The notes below the pieces were generated by a model that saw only the letters and a list, made by a program, of their open reading frames with translations, was not told the origin of the DNA and did no database searches. A program made the position numbers and the translations under genes. Of a stretch of DNA of 64,000 nucleotides, positions 36,336 to 47,469 are shown in pieces (positions within the stretch are counted from its first letter, which is position 1; each line of letters starts with the position of its first letter). The stretch is from NCBI GenBank assembly GCA_964344415.1, contig CAYFMS010000002.1:142-64141 (forward strand). The letters run 5' to 3'. Source of the stretch: an uncultured Gammaproteobacteria bacterium (GTDB taxonomy: Bacteria; Patescibacteriota; Patescibacteriia; UBA9934).

Positions 36336-37454
36336 ATCTTGCTTGAAATGCTTTGAAAGTCTTGGTCCGATTTGTCGATAGTAATTATTGCTCAGCTCGG
36401 GCGCTCCATAAGAAACGGTTGTTGGTTCTATGAGTCTGCTGTACACCATTTGGCAAATAGGCTGGCCATCGCGGAGTATGAAATCATTATCATGCGTAAA
36501 TACTTCGAGTACGGCAGGTGATCCGAGTGTTTCTCCTGAAGTTCCATAGCCAAATCCAGGGTCAAAAAATCCGGCATAATGAGATCGAAATTCACCTTTA
36601 CTGACATCATAAGGCACCATTTCAACGGCATATTCATTCGGTACGCGTATTCCTTCCTTCGTTACGAATATATAGAATTCATCTCTTTTCATGATGAGCT
36701 GGCCATCTCGTGGTCTTTCGATGGGTTCGAAGAAATCGAGCGGGTTATAGTCTCGGCGGCTATAATCGAGCACTTTACTTGTTGTTGGGTAACATTTATA
36801 TCCAATAATTTCTTCACTTGTAAGGTCAATGGTCATGGTGATTCCTTGCGCGCCAACGAATTGAGGGGCGGGCAGAACGGCATGATTGAGCCCGCGCAGC
36901 AGGCCATAGCGATTGTACTCGCTCTGATATTCCTGTGCATTCAAAAGGGCATCGTCCGTAAAGAACATCATTTGATTTAGTCTTTCACCCTCACTGAGTT
37001 TAACGGGGAATGATTTCGGAATAACCTCAAGCCATAATTCACCGCTATATCCACGTGGAGCGAAATCGAAAGATGAAACGCCGTCAACAATAAGGCGAGT
37101 TTGCAAATTCACGCGCCCCGTACTTGATTTATTATTTGTCCGCGCAAAAAGAGCGTCCGGTAAATCAAGCCGTTCATTTAACCTAATCAGATAAACACAA
37201 TTGAGCTCGAGCGGTTGGTCAATCGATGTCTGGAAAAGTGATCCATGCTTTACAATGTCGCGTATGGATTCATGACGCTTTGGCAAAAAGCTACCCTTCA
37301 TTCGGTACGCCTCTGCTGAAATCGAAAGGTCAATTGATGACGGCTGTAAATGCTCTCTCTGTGATCCGGTTACATGACCGGCACTGAGCAGTGTTTCTAA
37401 ATGCTGATACGCAAGCGTCCCCCTCGATTGCGCGATATCTTCTAGACGCTTCAT
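36333..37454 (-). CDS. dcd: dCTP deaminase, long (about 370 aa) form
   Basis: PSSIDLSI and GFFDPGFGYG match dCTP deaminase/dUTPase-superfamily motifs; length fits the long 2'-deoxycytidine 5'-triphosphate deaminase family; pathway context. Confidence 0.6.
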   Translation of the reverse strand: MKRLEDIAQSRGTLAYQHLETLLSAGHVTGSQREHLQPSSIDLSISAEAYRMKGSFLPKRHESIRDIVKHGSLFQTSIDQPLELNCVYLIRLNERLDLPDALFARTNNKSSTGRVNLQTRLIVDGVSSFDFAPRGYSGELWLEVIPKSFPVKLSEGERLNQMMFFTDDALLNAQEYQSEYNRYGLLRGLNHAVLPAPQFVGAQGITMTIDLTSEEIIGYKCYPTTSKVLDYSRRDYNPLDFFEPIERPRDGQLIMKRDEFYIFVTKEGIRVPNEYAVEMVPYDVSKGEFRSHYAGFFDPGFGYGTSGETLGSPAVLEVFTHDNDFILRDGQPICQMVYSRLIEPTTVSYGAPELSNNYYRQIGPRLSKHFKQD

Positions 37455-37486
37455 AATGAAACGATCTTACCATATATACACATCCC

Positions 37487-37537
37487 GAGATCCGATCTAC
37501 TTATCCACAGCCAAAGTCGGACATTGAATGTGGATAA
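37487..37537. repeat. composite repeat B: GAGATCCGATCT + TTATCCACA-N19-TGTGGATAA (reverse-complement arrangement of repeat A)
   Basis: 37487 gagatccgatctacttatccacagccaaagtcggacattgaatgtggataa 37537, between dcd start and rplA terminator. Confidence 0.8.
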
Positions 37538-37542
37538 CTCAA

Positions 37543-37575
37543 TAAAAAAAACCGCCGGTGGGGCGATTTTTTCTT
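37543..37575 (-). terminator. rho-independent terminator after rplA
   Basis: GC stem ccgcc/ggcgg-like hairpin with T9 on the minus strand (aaaaaaaaaccgccggtggggcgatttttt). Confidence 0.5.
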
Positions 37576-37577
37576 TT

Positions 37578-38264
37578 TTAGAATTGTGCTAGATCGAGGG
37601 CGATTGCAGGTCCCATCGTGCTCGCAATATATGCGCTCTTGATATAAATACCTTTCATGGCATTTGGTCGCGCTTTTTTGATCGCTTCGATTGTCGTGCT
37701 CAAATTCTCTTCAATCTTTGCATCTTCGAATGATGCTTTTCCAATTATCGCATGAACATTAGAAGTGTTGTCATTCTTGAATGCTGTCTTTCCGCCTTTT
37801 TGCTCTTCGATCATCTTGGCAACATTTGGTCCAACAGTATCTGTTTTCGGATTCGGCATCAGTCCGCGTGGTCCAAGTACACGTGCAGCTTTTGCAAGCT
37901 TCGGCATCATGCTTGGCACGGCTACGGCAACATCGAATTCGATTTTTCCTGTATTGATGATTTCAGCGATTGTTTCTTCGGTACCGACGATATCAGCGCC
38001 AGCGTCCTTTGCTGCTGTCTCATTCGCGCTGTCTACGAATGCCGCAACACGCGTTACCTTACCCGTTCCATGTGGCAAAACAACCGTTCCACGGATTTGC
38101 TGATCACCCTTCTTTGGGTCAATCCCGGTTCGAAGATGCAATTCAACAGTCTCGTCGAACTTTGCTGTCGCAAGTTCTTTCACGAGCTTTGAAGCTTCTT
38201 CGATTGTATATAACTTTCCAGCTTCAACTTTCGTCTTAGCGTCATTAAATCTTTTTCCTGACAT
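37578..38264 (-). CDS. rplA: 50S ribosomal protein L1
   Basis: 228 aa; conserved L1 sequence throughout (e.g. FDVAVAVPSMM, GPRGLMPNPK). Confidence 0.92.
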   Translation of the reverse strand: MSGKRFNDAKTKVEAGKLYTIEEASKLVKELATAKFDETVELHLRTGIDPKKGDQQIRGTVVLPHGTGKVTRVAAFVDSANETAAKDAGADIVGTEETIAEIINTGKIEFDVAVAVPSMMPKLAKAARVLGPRGLMPNPKTDTVGPNVAKMIEEQKGGKTAFKNDNTSNVHAIIGKASFEDAKIEENLSTTIEAIKKARPNAMKGIYIKSAYIASTMGPAIALDLAQF

Positions 38265-38373
38265 AACTATGTTTATAGTGGTTAGCGCCTTTCGGCTCCC
38301 ACGGTTTAAATTAGTATCGTCTTATTGTGGACGAAGTCGATGAGTCCGTGAAGACTCATCTCATCGGCCAAAA

Positions 38374-38769
38374 TTAGCTTTTTATCTTTTTCCAATCCCT
38401 ATATACAATTCTGAAATGTAAAAGGAAAAGTGGAAGCGCGACAAGTAATGTGGCAAGACTTTGAACTGCCTGACTTGCTTCAGACTGTCTATGTGATGTC
38501 ACGGCGCGTGCATTTCGAGATTCACATGCCTCAATTCGTTCCTCTTCTGAAATCTCATTTTCCGCATCGATATCCTTGATTGGATCTGGATACATGTCGT
38601 ACTGATCTAAGCAAGATTCGAGATATGCCGGAACATTCGCGGCGGGGAAGATATACGTTTTGAGCCCGGTATTCAAGAGACTTCCCAGGGCTATGGATAC
38701 GATCACAAGTGTCACGGCCGAAACCACGACAAAGTAGAGTCGTACGAGGAATGAAGTTGCTGCATTCAT
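38374..38769 (-). CDS. hypothetical membrane protein
   Basis: 131 aa; N- and C-terminal TM helices. Confidence 0.4.
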   Translation of the reverse strand: MNAATSFLVRLYFVVVSAVTLVIVSIALGSLLNTGLKTYIFPAANVPAYLESCLDQYDMYPDPIKDIDAENEISEEERIEACESRNARAVTSHRQSEASQAVQSLATLLVALPLFLLHFRIVYRDWKKIKS

Positions 38770-38802
38770 AGTAAATGGGTTAATAACCCGAATGATACTA
38801 TA

Positions 38803-39225
38803 TTATTTGATCTCTACACCCATTTGACGGCAAGTACCGGCAACGATGCGCTTTGCCATTTCAACATCTGTTGTATTGAGGTCTGGCATTTTAACCTTTG
38901 CAATCTCTTCAAGTTGAGCATCGGTAATGCTTCCAACTTTCTCGATATGCGGCTTTCCTGAACCACTCTTGATTCCAGCAGCTTTCTTTACAAGTTCAGC
39001 TGTTGGGGCGGTTTTTAGGATGAAGCTGAAGCTTCGATCTTCGTAAATAGTTAGTACCGCTGGTACAACTTCTCCGCGGCGATCTTGTGTCGCAGCATTG
39101 AATTGATTCACGAAGTCTTGAATATTTACACCATGCTGACCGAGGGCCGGTCCAAGTGGAGGTGCTGGCGTTGCAGCTCCGCCCATAGCCTGGACTTTCA
39201 TGGTTGTAAGAACTGGTTTTGACAT
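38803..39225 (-). CDS. rplK: 50S ribosomal protein L11
   Basis: Start at internal ATG (MSKPVLTTMKVQ); the longer ORF extension is not conserved; PPLGPALGQHGVN motif. Confidence 0.92.
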   Translation of the reverse strand: MSKPVLTTMKVQAMGGAATPAPPLGPALGQHGVNIQDFVNQFNAATQDRRGEVVPAVLTIYEDRSFSFILKTAPTAELVKKAAGIKSGSGKPHIEKVGSITDAQLEEIAKVKMPDLNTTDVEMAKRIVAGTCRQMGVEIK

Positions 39226-39317
39226 ACGATTTGTCTTTATAGTAGATTCCCGAGCTCGCGAGCAACTACATCGTTTATTAGTGGTGGGATTTTGCCAGAA
39301 TTTGCTGTTTTTGTCAA

Positions 39318-39349
39318 TAAAAACCCCGTGAAGGGGCTTTTGATTTTTG
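39318..39349 (-). terminator. terminator/attenuator between nusG and rplK
   Basis: ccccgtgaagggg hairpin flanked by A/T runs; canonical position of the nusG-rplK attenuator. Confidence 0.55.
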
Positions 39350-39364
39350 TGTAACAAGAATCTC

Positions 39365-39910
39365 TTACACTTTTTTCACCTGCAAGAAGTCTAGCTCCAC
39401 AGGTGTTTCGCGTCCGAATACGGAAACGAGAACCTTGACTTTACCGCGTTGTTCATCAACTTCTGAAACCTTACCTTGCTGACCTTTAAATGGTCCGTCA
39501 GAAATAAGAACAGGATCGTCTTTGTGCAGGTCAACCTTGAACTCAGGCTCATCAACACGTGTTCGCTTGAGAAGTGCTTCCACTTCTTCTGGCGCGATTG
39601 GGGTAGGGGTTGTTCCTGCACCAATGAATCCAGTTACATTTGGGGTATTTCGAACGACATACCAAGAATCATCTGTCACAATCATTTCAACGAGAACATA
39701 TCCGGGAAAAATCTTTTCCTCGACAATGCGTCGTTTTCCATTCTTGATTTTGATTTTCTTTTCTTTTGGCACGATGACATCGAAGATTTTCTCTTCCATA
39801 TCCATTGTGCTGATACGCTGCTGAAGATTTTCTGTCACTTTTTCTTCATAGCCACTGTATGTATGGATTGCGTACCAACGCCGACCATATTGAGCTGTTT
39901 GTTTTGCCAT
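39365..39910 (-). CDS. nusG: transcription termination/antitermination protein NusG
   Basis: NGN domain (RRWYAIHTYSGYEEKV) and C-terminal KOW motif; start at internal ATG (MAKQTAQ). Confidence 0.88.
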   Translation of the reverse strand: MAKQTAQYGRRWYAIHTYSGYEEKVTENLQQRISTMDMEEKIFDVIVPKEKKIKIKNGKRRIVEEKIFPGYVLVEMIVTDDSWYVVRNTPNVTGFIGAGTTPTPIAPEEVEALLKRTRVDEPEFKVDLHKDDPVLISDGPFKGQQGKVSEVDEQRGKVKVLVSVFGRETPVELDFLQVKKV

Positions 39911-40055
39911 ATAACTTGTTATTTTGCACGTAGACTTTGCTGCAACTTTGCTCCTCGACATTGTACGTTTCAGTACAATTTACTGCGGTGCGCGTTGCGC
40001 CGCGTATTAGAGCAAAATTCCTGCGTTAAATATTGAATAATGTTAAATTATTATT

Positions 40056-40283
40056 TTACAGACCGATAAGCGCTCCGAGGCCAAGATTCAAAATATAATC
40101 GAGCGCTCCGAAATATGCGGCTGCCAAAATGACTAAAATGATCACAAGAATACTGTAACGAATCACTTCTGTCCGTGTCGGCCAGGTGACTTTTTCGAGT
40201 TCTTCTTTCGATCCTCGTAAGTATGCGAAGACTTTTTTCATAGTTTTTAAGATTTTTAAAAAGCCCTGTTGGGCCATCAGCAA
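40056..40283 (-). CDS. secE: preprotein translocase subunit SecE
   Basis: Conserved LKKVTWPTRTE-like motif (EKVTWPTRTEV) plus single C-terminal TM; canonical position upstream of nusG. True start may be the internal ATG (MKKVF). Confidence 0.7.
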   Translation of the reverse strand: MLMAQQGFLKILKTMKKVFAYLRGSKEELEKVTWPTRTEVIRYSILVIILVILAAAYFGALDYILNLGLGALIGL

Positions 40284-40557
40284 TGAATATAACGCATTTT
40301 ATTTCCTTTGACAAGGCTTTTTTGGATAAAAAAATGCCCGCAGCCACCCCCGAGCTTTCGATACTTTCGAAAGTGGGTAGCTGCGGGCCGGTCCAATAGG
40401 CAGTAGCTGGACCACGACCTCGCAATCGATGTAAACCTACCGGACTTTCCCCTTTTTGTCAATAGGATCAGACAAAAAACCTGATGTTTTGGTATTCACC
40501 AGGCTTTAAATGAACATTAAAACATCTTGAACAATTTGAACGGGCGCAAAACGGTTG

Positions 40558-42579
<2,022 letters not shown>

Positions 42580-42629
42580 TTACCACAGGATGTACATCAA
42601 AACAATGACTGCTGTGATATGATTTCGCT

Positions 42630-43535
42630 ATGGATGAGAATAAAAAGCAACTCGATTCTGCTTATAAGGATATTGAGAAAGACTACAGGCGAGGCATAAC
42701 GCTGACGCAGTTTTTGCCGCGGGCGAAGCGGGCGTTTTATGTCATATGGGCCATTGTCGATATCGCACTTCTTTTATTCTTTTTTGGATTTATCACTTGG
42801 TATCTCATTAATGGGATTTTTGTTGAGAAGCGGACGGTGGCGCGTATTGGGTTGAATTTAGGGACTCATCATGACATAACCGGAGCGAATCAGGCCGAGG
42901 CATTGGTGACGAGCGACCCTCTACTTTTTGCGAGTGGGGATCGATTTGATTATGTGGCCGAGATAGAGAATGGAAATGATGATTGGTATGCAGATTTTCG
43001 ATATTATTTCAAAACAGCGGAAGGAACGACTGATTTTGAGCGAGGTTTTGTGCTTCCTGGGGAGAAAAAAGTGCTTGCTTCGATAGGGCAGGACATTGGC
43101 GGGCGTAATGCTGATTTAGTTATCGAGGATTTAACTTGGCATCGCATTGATGCGAGAGAGGTTGGTGATGCGGATATTTGGTTTGCCGAGCATCGTGATA
43201 TTGAAATTCTTGATGTGAGTCATGGGGCAGGAGCGATTATTGGTGACCAATCGTTGATTCAGACGACATTTTCGGTGATCAATAATTCCCCATATTCGTA
43301 TTGGACAAGTGATTTTTATGTTGTGCTTCGTCGAGGGAAGACGATTGTTGGGGTGAATAAGGTTCAGCTTGCGGGCCTTGTGGCTGGTGAAGAACGTGAT
43401 GTGAAAGTAAATTGGTTTAATGGTGTTCCTGCCGGTGCGACAGCTGATGTGGAGATGTCGATCAATTTCTTCGATGAGGATTTATACATGCCAAACCCCG
43501 AGGACGGCGCTGATGAAATTTTGGATTTTCTTTAG
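42630..43535 (+). CDS. hypothetical membrane-anchored protein
   Basis: 301 aa; single N-terminal TM (FYVIWAIVDIALLLFFFGFITWYLI). Confidence 0.45.
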   Translation: MDENKKQLDSAYKDIEKDYRRGITLTQFLPRAKRAFYVIWAIVDIALLLFFFGFITWYLINGIFVEKRTVARIGLNLGTHHDITGANQAEALVTSDPLLFASGDRFDYVAEIENGNDDWYADFRYYFKTAEGTTDFERGFVLPGEKKVLASIGQDIGGRNADLVIEDLTWHRIDAREVGDADIWFAEHRDIEILDVSHGAGAIIGDQSLIQTTFSVINNSPYSYWTSDFYVVLRRGKTIVGVNKVQLAGLVAGEERDVKVNWFNGVPAGATADVEMSINFFDEDLYMPNPEDGADEILDFL

Positions 43536-43620
43536 AGAAAAGTTGGGGAAGTTAGAAAAGCGAGTAAAGTTGGGGGAATGAGATGCATGGAGGAGATAGA
43601 AGAGATTCAGGAGACTTATG

Positions 43621-43813
43621 AGCTTGTAGGTTTTAGGTGGTAGCTTGTAGGGTTGTTGTCATCCAGGATCTTCGCTTTCGTATTACGATGGATTCCGGCT
43701 CGGAGGCCGGAATGACGTGAAGCTCCTAAATCTCCTTTGTCTCTTTCGCACCTAAATACGTATATCTGTACCATCTGTACATCCGTAACGACAACCTAAA
43801 ACCTAATAGCTAC
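43621..43813. repeat. gene-less copy of the TAGCTTGTAGG inverted-repeat pair enclosing about 130 bp of non-coding sequence
   Basis: agcttgtaggttttaggtggtagcttgtagggttgttgtc at 43621-43660 and acaacctaaaacctaatagctac at 43791-43813 (reverse-complementary). Interior contains the CCGGAATGAC motif also seen at 31465. Confidence 0.6.
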
Positions 43814-43841
43814 GTGCTGGGTACTACGCTATAATGTCCGC

Positions 43842-44990
43842 ATGTTGCTGCGAAGCATTTTAAAAAAATTGGTAAAACTTGACTGGCTGATGATTCTATC
43901 CGTCTTTGCTCTCTTTATTTTTGGCTTATCGGCGATATATTCGGTTGAGCTTTCACATGCAGCTTCAGACTTTATTTTTCTGCGCAAACAATTGATAGCG
44001 GCTGGGATTGGGTTGGTTATTGGGGTGGCCGCAATGAGCATGCATTACATGCAGTGGCGAAATCTGGCGCGTATTCTCTACATCACTGGTGTCATTTTAC
44101 TTATTCTCGTTCTGATTTTTGGAACAACGGTACGTGGAACAACAGGTTGGTTTGTATTTGGTGGATTCTCATTTCAGCCGGTTGAGTTTATGAAGCTCGG
44201 GCTTGCGGCCGAGCTCGCGAGATTCTTTTCAAAGCTCGGCCGCCCAAATATCGGTTGGCGCGAAATAGGAATTAGCGGCTTTTTAACATTCATACCGACT
44301 GTTCTCACAATGATGCAGCCGGATCTTGGGAGTGCCATGCTTCTTGTGGGGATGTGGATGATTTTCCTTTTATTTGCAGGGGTGAAAATGAAACATGTCG
44401 CGGCGTTTATTTTGGCGACAATTATAATTGGTCTTTTTTCGTGGCAGCTTGTTCTGCGTGACTATCAAAAAGAGCGAATAGCGGTATTTATGAATCCAGG
44501 TCTTGATCCACTTGGAGCTGGTTACAATATTACGCAAGCAAAAATTGCCATTGGGTCCGGAAAAATTCTAGGCCGAGGTCTTGGTTCTGGGTCGCAATCA
44601 CAGCTACGCTTTTTACCAGAAAGCCAAACTGACTTCGTATTTGCTGTTATTGCAGAGGAACTCGGATTTTTAGGTTCCATGTTTATCTTTCTCGCCACAG
44701 CTCTCTTACTTTCAAGAATGCTCAGGCTTGCCTATGGCAGCAGGGATCCATTTGCCTCCTATCTTGTCATTGCAATATTCGCACTCTTTTTTGCGCAGAT
44801 TTTCCTAAATATCGGTGTGAACCTGTCTTTATTGCCAGCAACAGGTGTCGCATTGCCATTTGTGAGTTACGGAGGAAGCTCGCTTCTTATATCCTTTTTA
44901 CTTATCGCTATTGTGCAATCTGTAGCAATCGAGTATCGTCCTCAGGGAAAAAATGATCATGGTATACTTGATATGCCCATTACATTATGA
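43842..44990 (+). CDS. SEDS family peptidoglycan glycosyltransferase (FtsW/RodA/SpoVE)
   Basis: 382 aa; 10 TM helices; conserved PESQTDFVFAV and SYGGSSLL motifs. Confidence 0.85.
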   Translation: MLLRSILKKLVKLDWLMILSVFALFIFGLSAIYSVELSHAASDFIFLRKQLIAAGIGLVIGVAAMSMHYMQWRNLARILYITGVILLILVLIFGTTVRGTTGWFVFGGFSFQPVEFMKLGLAAELARFFSKLGRPNIGWREIGISGFLTFIPTVLTMMQPDLGSAMLLVGMWMIFLLFAGVKMKHVAAFILATIIIGLFSWQLVLRDYQKERIAVFMNPGLDPLGAGYNITQAKIAIGSGKILGRGLGSGSQSQLRFLPESQTDFVFAVIAEELGFLGSMFIFLATALLLSRMLRLAYGSRDPFASYLVIAIFALFFAQIFLNIGVNLSLLPATGVALPFVSYGGSSLLISFLLIAIVQSVAIEYRPQGKNDHGILDMPITL

Positions 44991-45304
44991 AAAAACATGA
45001 CGAAGAAGGCCTGCAATTGATGTCTCATTGCAGCAAATGCAAGTCACGATTTACAAAGGAGGAATTACAATATATTGGGGAAGAAAATGGGGGTACGATA
45101 CTTCATATTTCCTGCGGAACTTGCAGGCAAAATATGCTTGTATCAACCCTGAAAAAGGATGGTGGAATTATCTGTCAGGGCATGATTACAGATCTGTCTT
45201 TGGATGATGCAAAGCGCATGCTGAAAGCGGGGAAAGTGTCGATTGATGATGTTTTATCGATTCATGAAGCGCTTCAGCTTGACAATTTTATGAAAATCGG
45301 TTGA
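44987..45304 (+). CDS. small zinc-ribbon protein
   Basis: 105 aa; CSKC...CGTC paired CxxC; ATGA start/stop overlap with the SEDS gene suggests translational coupling. Confidence 0.4.
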   Translation: MKKHDEEGLQLMSHCSKCKSRFTKEELQYIGEENGGTILHISCGTCRQNMLVSTLKKDGGIICQGMITDLSLDDAKRMLKAGKVSIDDVLSIHEALQLDNFMKIG

Positions 45305-45323
45305 AATACGGCCAAAATAAGGT

Positions 45324-45971
45324 ATGGAAACAATGACACTTACGGCGACGAGCCGACAAGAAATGGGGCGAAAAACAAATGCACTTCGCGCAGAGGGGCA
45401 GGTACCGGCAGTTGTGTACGGACTTGATGCTGAACCAAAGAATATTGTGATTGCTCGCAATGACTTTGATCGCGTTTTGAAAGGCGCTGGTGAAAGTACG
45501 GTAATTCAGCTTAGCATTGATGGAACAGAAGAGCCTGTGCTTATTCAGGATATTCAAAGAAATCCACTTACGGAATTCACTACACATGTTGATTTTCGTC
45601 GGGTAGACATGAATACGGCTGTTGAAACATCTATTTATATTTCTATCATTGGTGTATCTCCAGCGGTGAAGGACTTGGGTGGAACGCTTATTCAGAGTGT
45701 TGATGCAATTGACGTAAAGGCTTTGCCATCTGCGCTTGTGAAGGAAATTGAAGTTGATGCTGCAAAGATTACGACATTTGAAGATGCGATTCACATTTCA
45801 GATCTTGTTCTTCCAGAAGGTATTGAATTGCTTTCTGATCCGGAACAGACAATTGCAACGGTTGCTCCGCCTCGTGTCGAGGAAGCCGTAGTAGTATCAG
45901 AAGATACCGAAGGTGAAGCAGGTGACTCTGAGGAAGGTCAAACTGAAGAAAATCAAGCGGATGCCGAGTAA
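45324..45971 (+). CDS. rplY: 50S ribosomal protein L25 / general stress protein Ctc
   Basis: 215 aa; N-terminus RQEMGRKTNALRAEGQVPAVVYG; acidic C-terminal tail. Confidence 0.85.
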   Translation: METMTLTATSRQEMGRKTNALRAEGQVPAVVYGLDAEPKNIVIARNDFDRVLKGAGESTVIQLSIDGTEEPVLIQDIQRNPLTEFTTHVDFRRVDMNTAVETSIYISIIGVSPAVKDLGGTLIQSVDAIDVKALPSALVKEIEVDAAKITTFEDAIHISDLVLPEGIELLSDPEQTIATVAPPRVEEAVVVSEDTEGEAGDSEEGQTEENQADAE

Positions 45972-47088
45972 GAAAAAGAAAAAAGGAGGTTGGGAAGTCG
46001 AGTTTAAGAAAAAACTCGCTTCTTTTATTTCAGGGTTAAAAAAATGGAGTAAAGATGTCGCGGGCGGGACATTTTCAAAAGAGGTCATCGCCGGTGGAAT
46101 TGTCATGATTGGTGTGATTGCGGTTATTATTTTTGGCTTTCTCGCATCAAATAAAAATGTGCCACTTCCTGAAATTTCAATTCCTTCGGGATCTGGACCG
46201 ACACATCCCTTAACGGGCAAGTCAGTTGATCAATCTCTCGATGATTCGCCAAGAGTTTTTGCAGTCATGGTTGAGAATGCGGCAGATGCCTGGCCTTTGT
46301 CGGGAATCAACGAAGCTTTTCTTGTGGTTGAAGCCCCAGTCGAGGGGGATATTCCTCGTTTTATAACGTTTTTTCACGAGGACAATGACACACAAAAAAT
46401 CGGTCCAGTTCGCAGTGCGCGGCCATACTATCTAGATTGGGCAGCGGAATTTGATGCACTATATGCACATGTCGGAGGTTCGCCGGAAGCTTTGGATTTG
46501 ATTGCGAATTCCGACCTGCGAGATGTCAATGAATTTTTCAATGCCGACACATTCTATCGGCAACATAGTGGGCGATTTGCACCACACAATGTTTTTACCT
46601 TTATTGATCTACTTACTGATGCATGGGATACAAAATCATTTGAGAATCCAGATTATGAGTATTGGAAATTTGAAGAAAAGTCTGCCCAGGGTGGTGAATC
46701 GGTAGAAATTGATTGGGCTGATGGATCTCTTTATGATGTTTTTTGGGAATTTGATTCATCTGAAAATGCTTATCTTCGCCATCAGGGAAATGATGTCATG
46801 GAGCTCGAGGATGGAGAGAATATTTGGGCGGACAATATCATCGTCATGGCTACCGATATCCGCACAATTGATAATGTCGGCCGAAAAGAAATCCGCACAA
46901 TAGGGGAGGGTGATGCAATGATTTTTAGGCGTGGAGTGTCTGAACTGGTGACATGGAAAAAAGAGAGTGCAGAAGATCGATTGCGATTTTTTGACGCTTC
47001 CGGAGAGGAAATTACTTTACAGTCGGGTGTGACATGGATTGAAGTAGTATACGATCTCGATCAAATTGAAATAAAGAATGGACAATAG
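45961..47088 (+). CDS. DUF3048-like (YerB-family) membrane-anchored protein
   Basis: Lys-rich N-terminus, TM, then conserved core ...IGPVRSARPYYLDWAAEFDALYAHVGGSPEA... Start at the first ATG within the GTG-initiated ORF; overlaps the rplY end by 11 nt. Confidence 0.5.
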   Translation: MPSKKKKKGGWEVEFKKKLASFISGLKKWSKDVAGGTFSKEVIAGGIVMIGVIAVIIFGFLASNKNVPLPEISIPSGSGPTHPLTGKSVDQSLDDSPRVFAVMVENAADAWPLSGINEAFLVVEAPVEGDIPRFITFFHEDNDTQKIGPVRSARPYYLDWAAEFDALYAHVGGSPEALDLIANSDLRDVNEFFNADTFYRQHSGRFAPHNVFTFIDLLTDAWDTKSFENPDYEYWKFEEKSAQGGESVEIDWADGSLYDVFWEFDSSENAYLRHQGNDVMELEDGENIWADNIIVMATDIRTIDNVGRKEIRTIGEGDAMIFRRGVSELVTWKKESAEDRLRFFDASGEEITLQSGVTWIEVVYDLDQIEIKNGQ

Positions 47089-47124
47089 ACTAGGCATGTC
47101 TTAAAGTGAGTGAAGGAGGTTTGC

Positions 47125-47448
47125 ATGAAGGATGTCTTTTGGCTTATCTTGCTACATGTCATTGGATTCGTGGGATTCGTGCTTGCGATCACGATGGCAT
47201 ATGAAGCGCATCGTAGAGATCAGTTCATGACCGTCGTAGCTTTACTCGCGGTCGCACTGATTTTGCATGTGGCTTCAGGGGAGCTCTTTCACAGGATGAG
47301 GCAGAATGTGAGGCTTGTGCTGCGTTCTAAGAAACGGGAGAAGGGAGTGTTGTATTTGCAGGAAACTCCAATAGAAAAAGAGGGCAGGGTGCTTGCATTC
47401 AGGCAGAATGACACTATGTCGGATGGTTCAGGCGATGACGCCGCGTAA
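47125..47448 (+). CDS. small hypothetical membrane protein
   Basis: ATG with GAAGGAGG RBS 6 nt upstream; two TM helices. Confidence 0.4.
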   Translation: MKDVFWLILLHVIGFVGFVLAITMAYEAHRRDQFMTVVALLAVALILHVASGELFHRMRQNVRLVLRSKKREKGVLYLQETPIEKEGRVLAFRQNDTMSDGSGDDAA

Positions 47449-47469
47449 GGGAAGTGATGCTTCTCTTTT

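Noticed and set aside
37752-38239. Plus-strand ORFs over rplA (37752..38192, 37765..38103, 37970..38239)
   Set aside because: Antisense to ribosomal protein L1, which is unambiguous.
39476-40036. Plus-strand ORFs over nusG (39476..40036, 39522..39824)
   Set aside because: Antisense to nusG; Cys- and Phe-rich artefactual translations.
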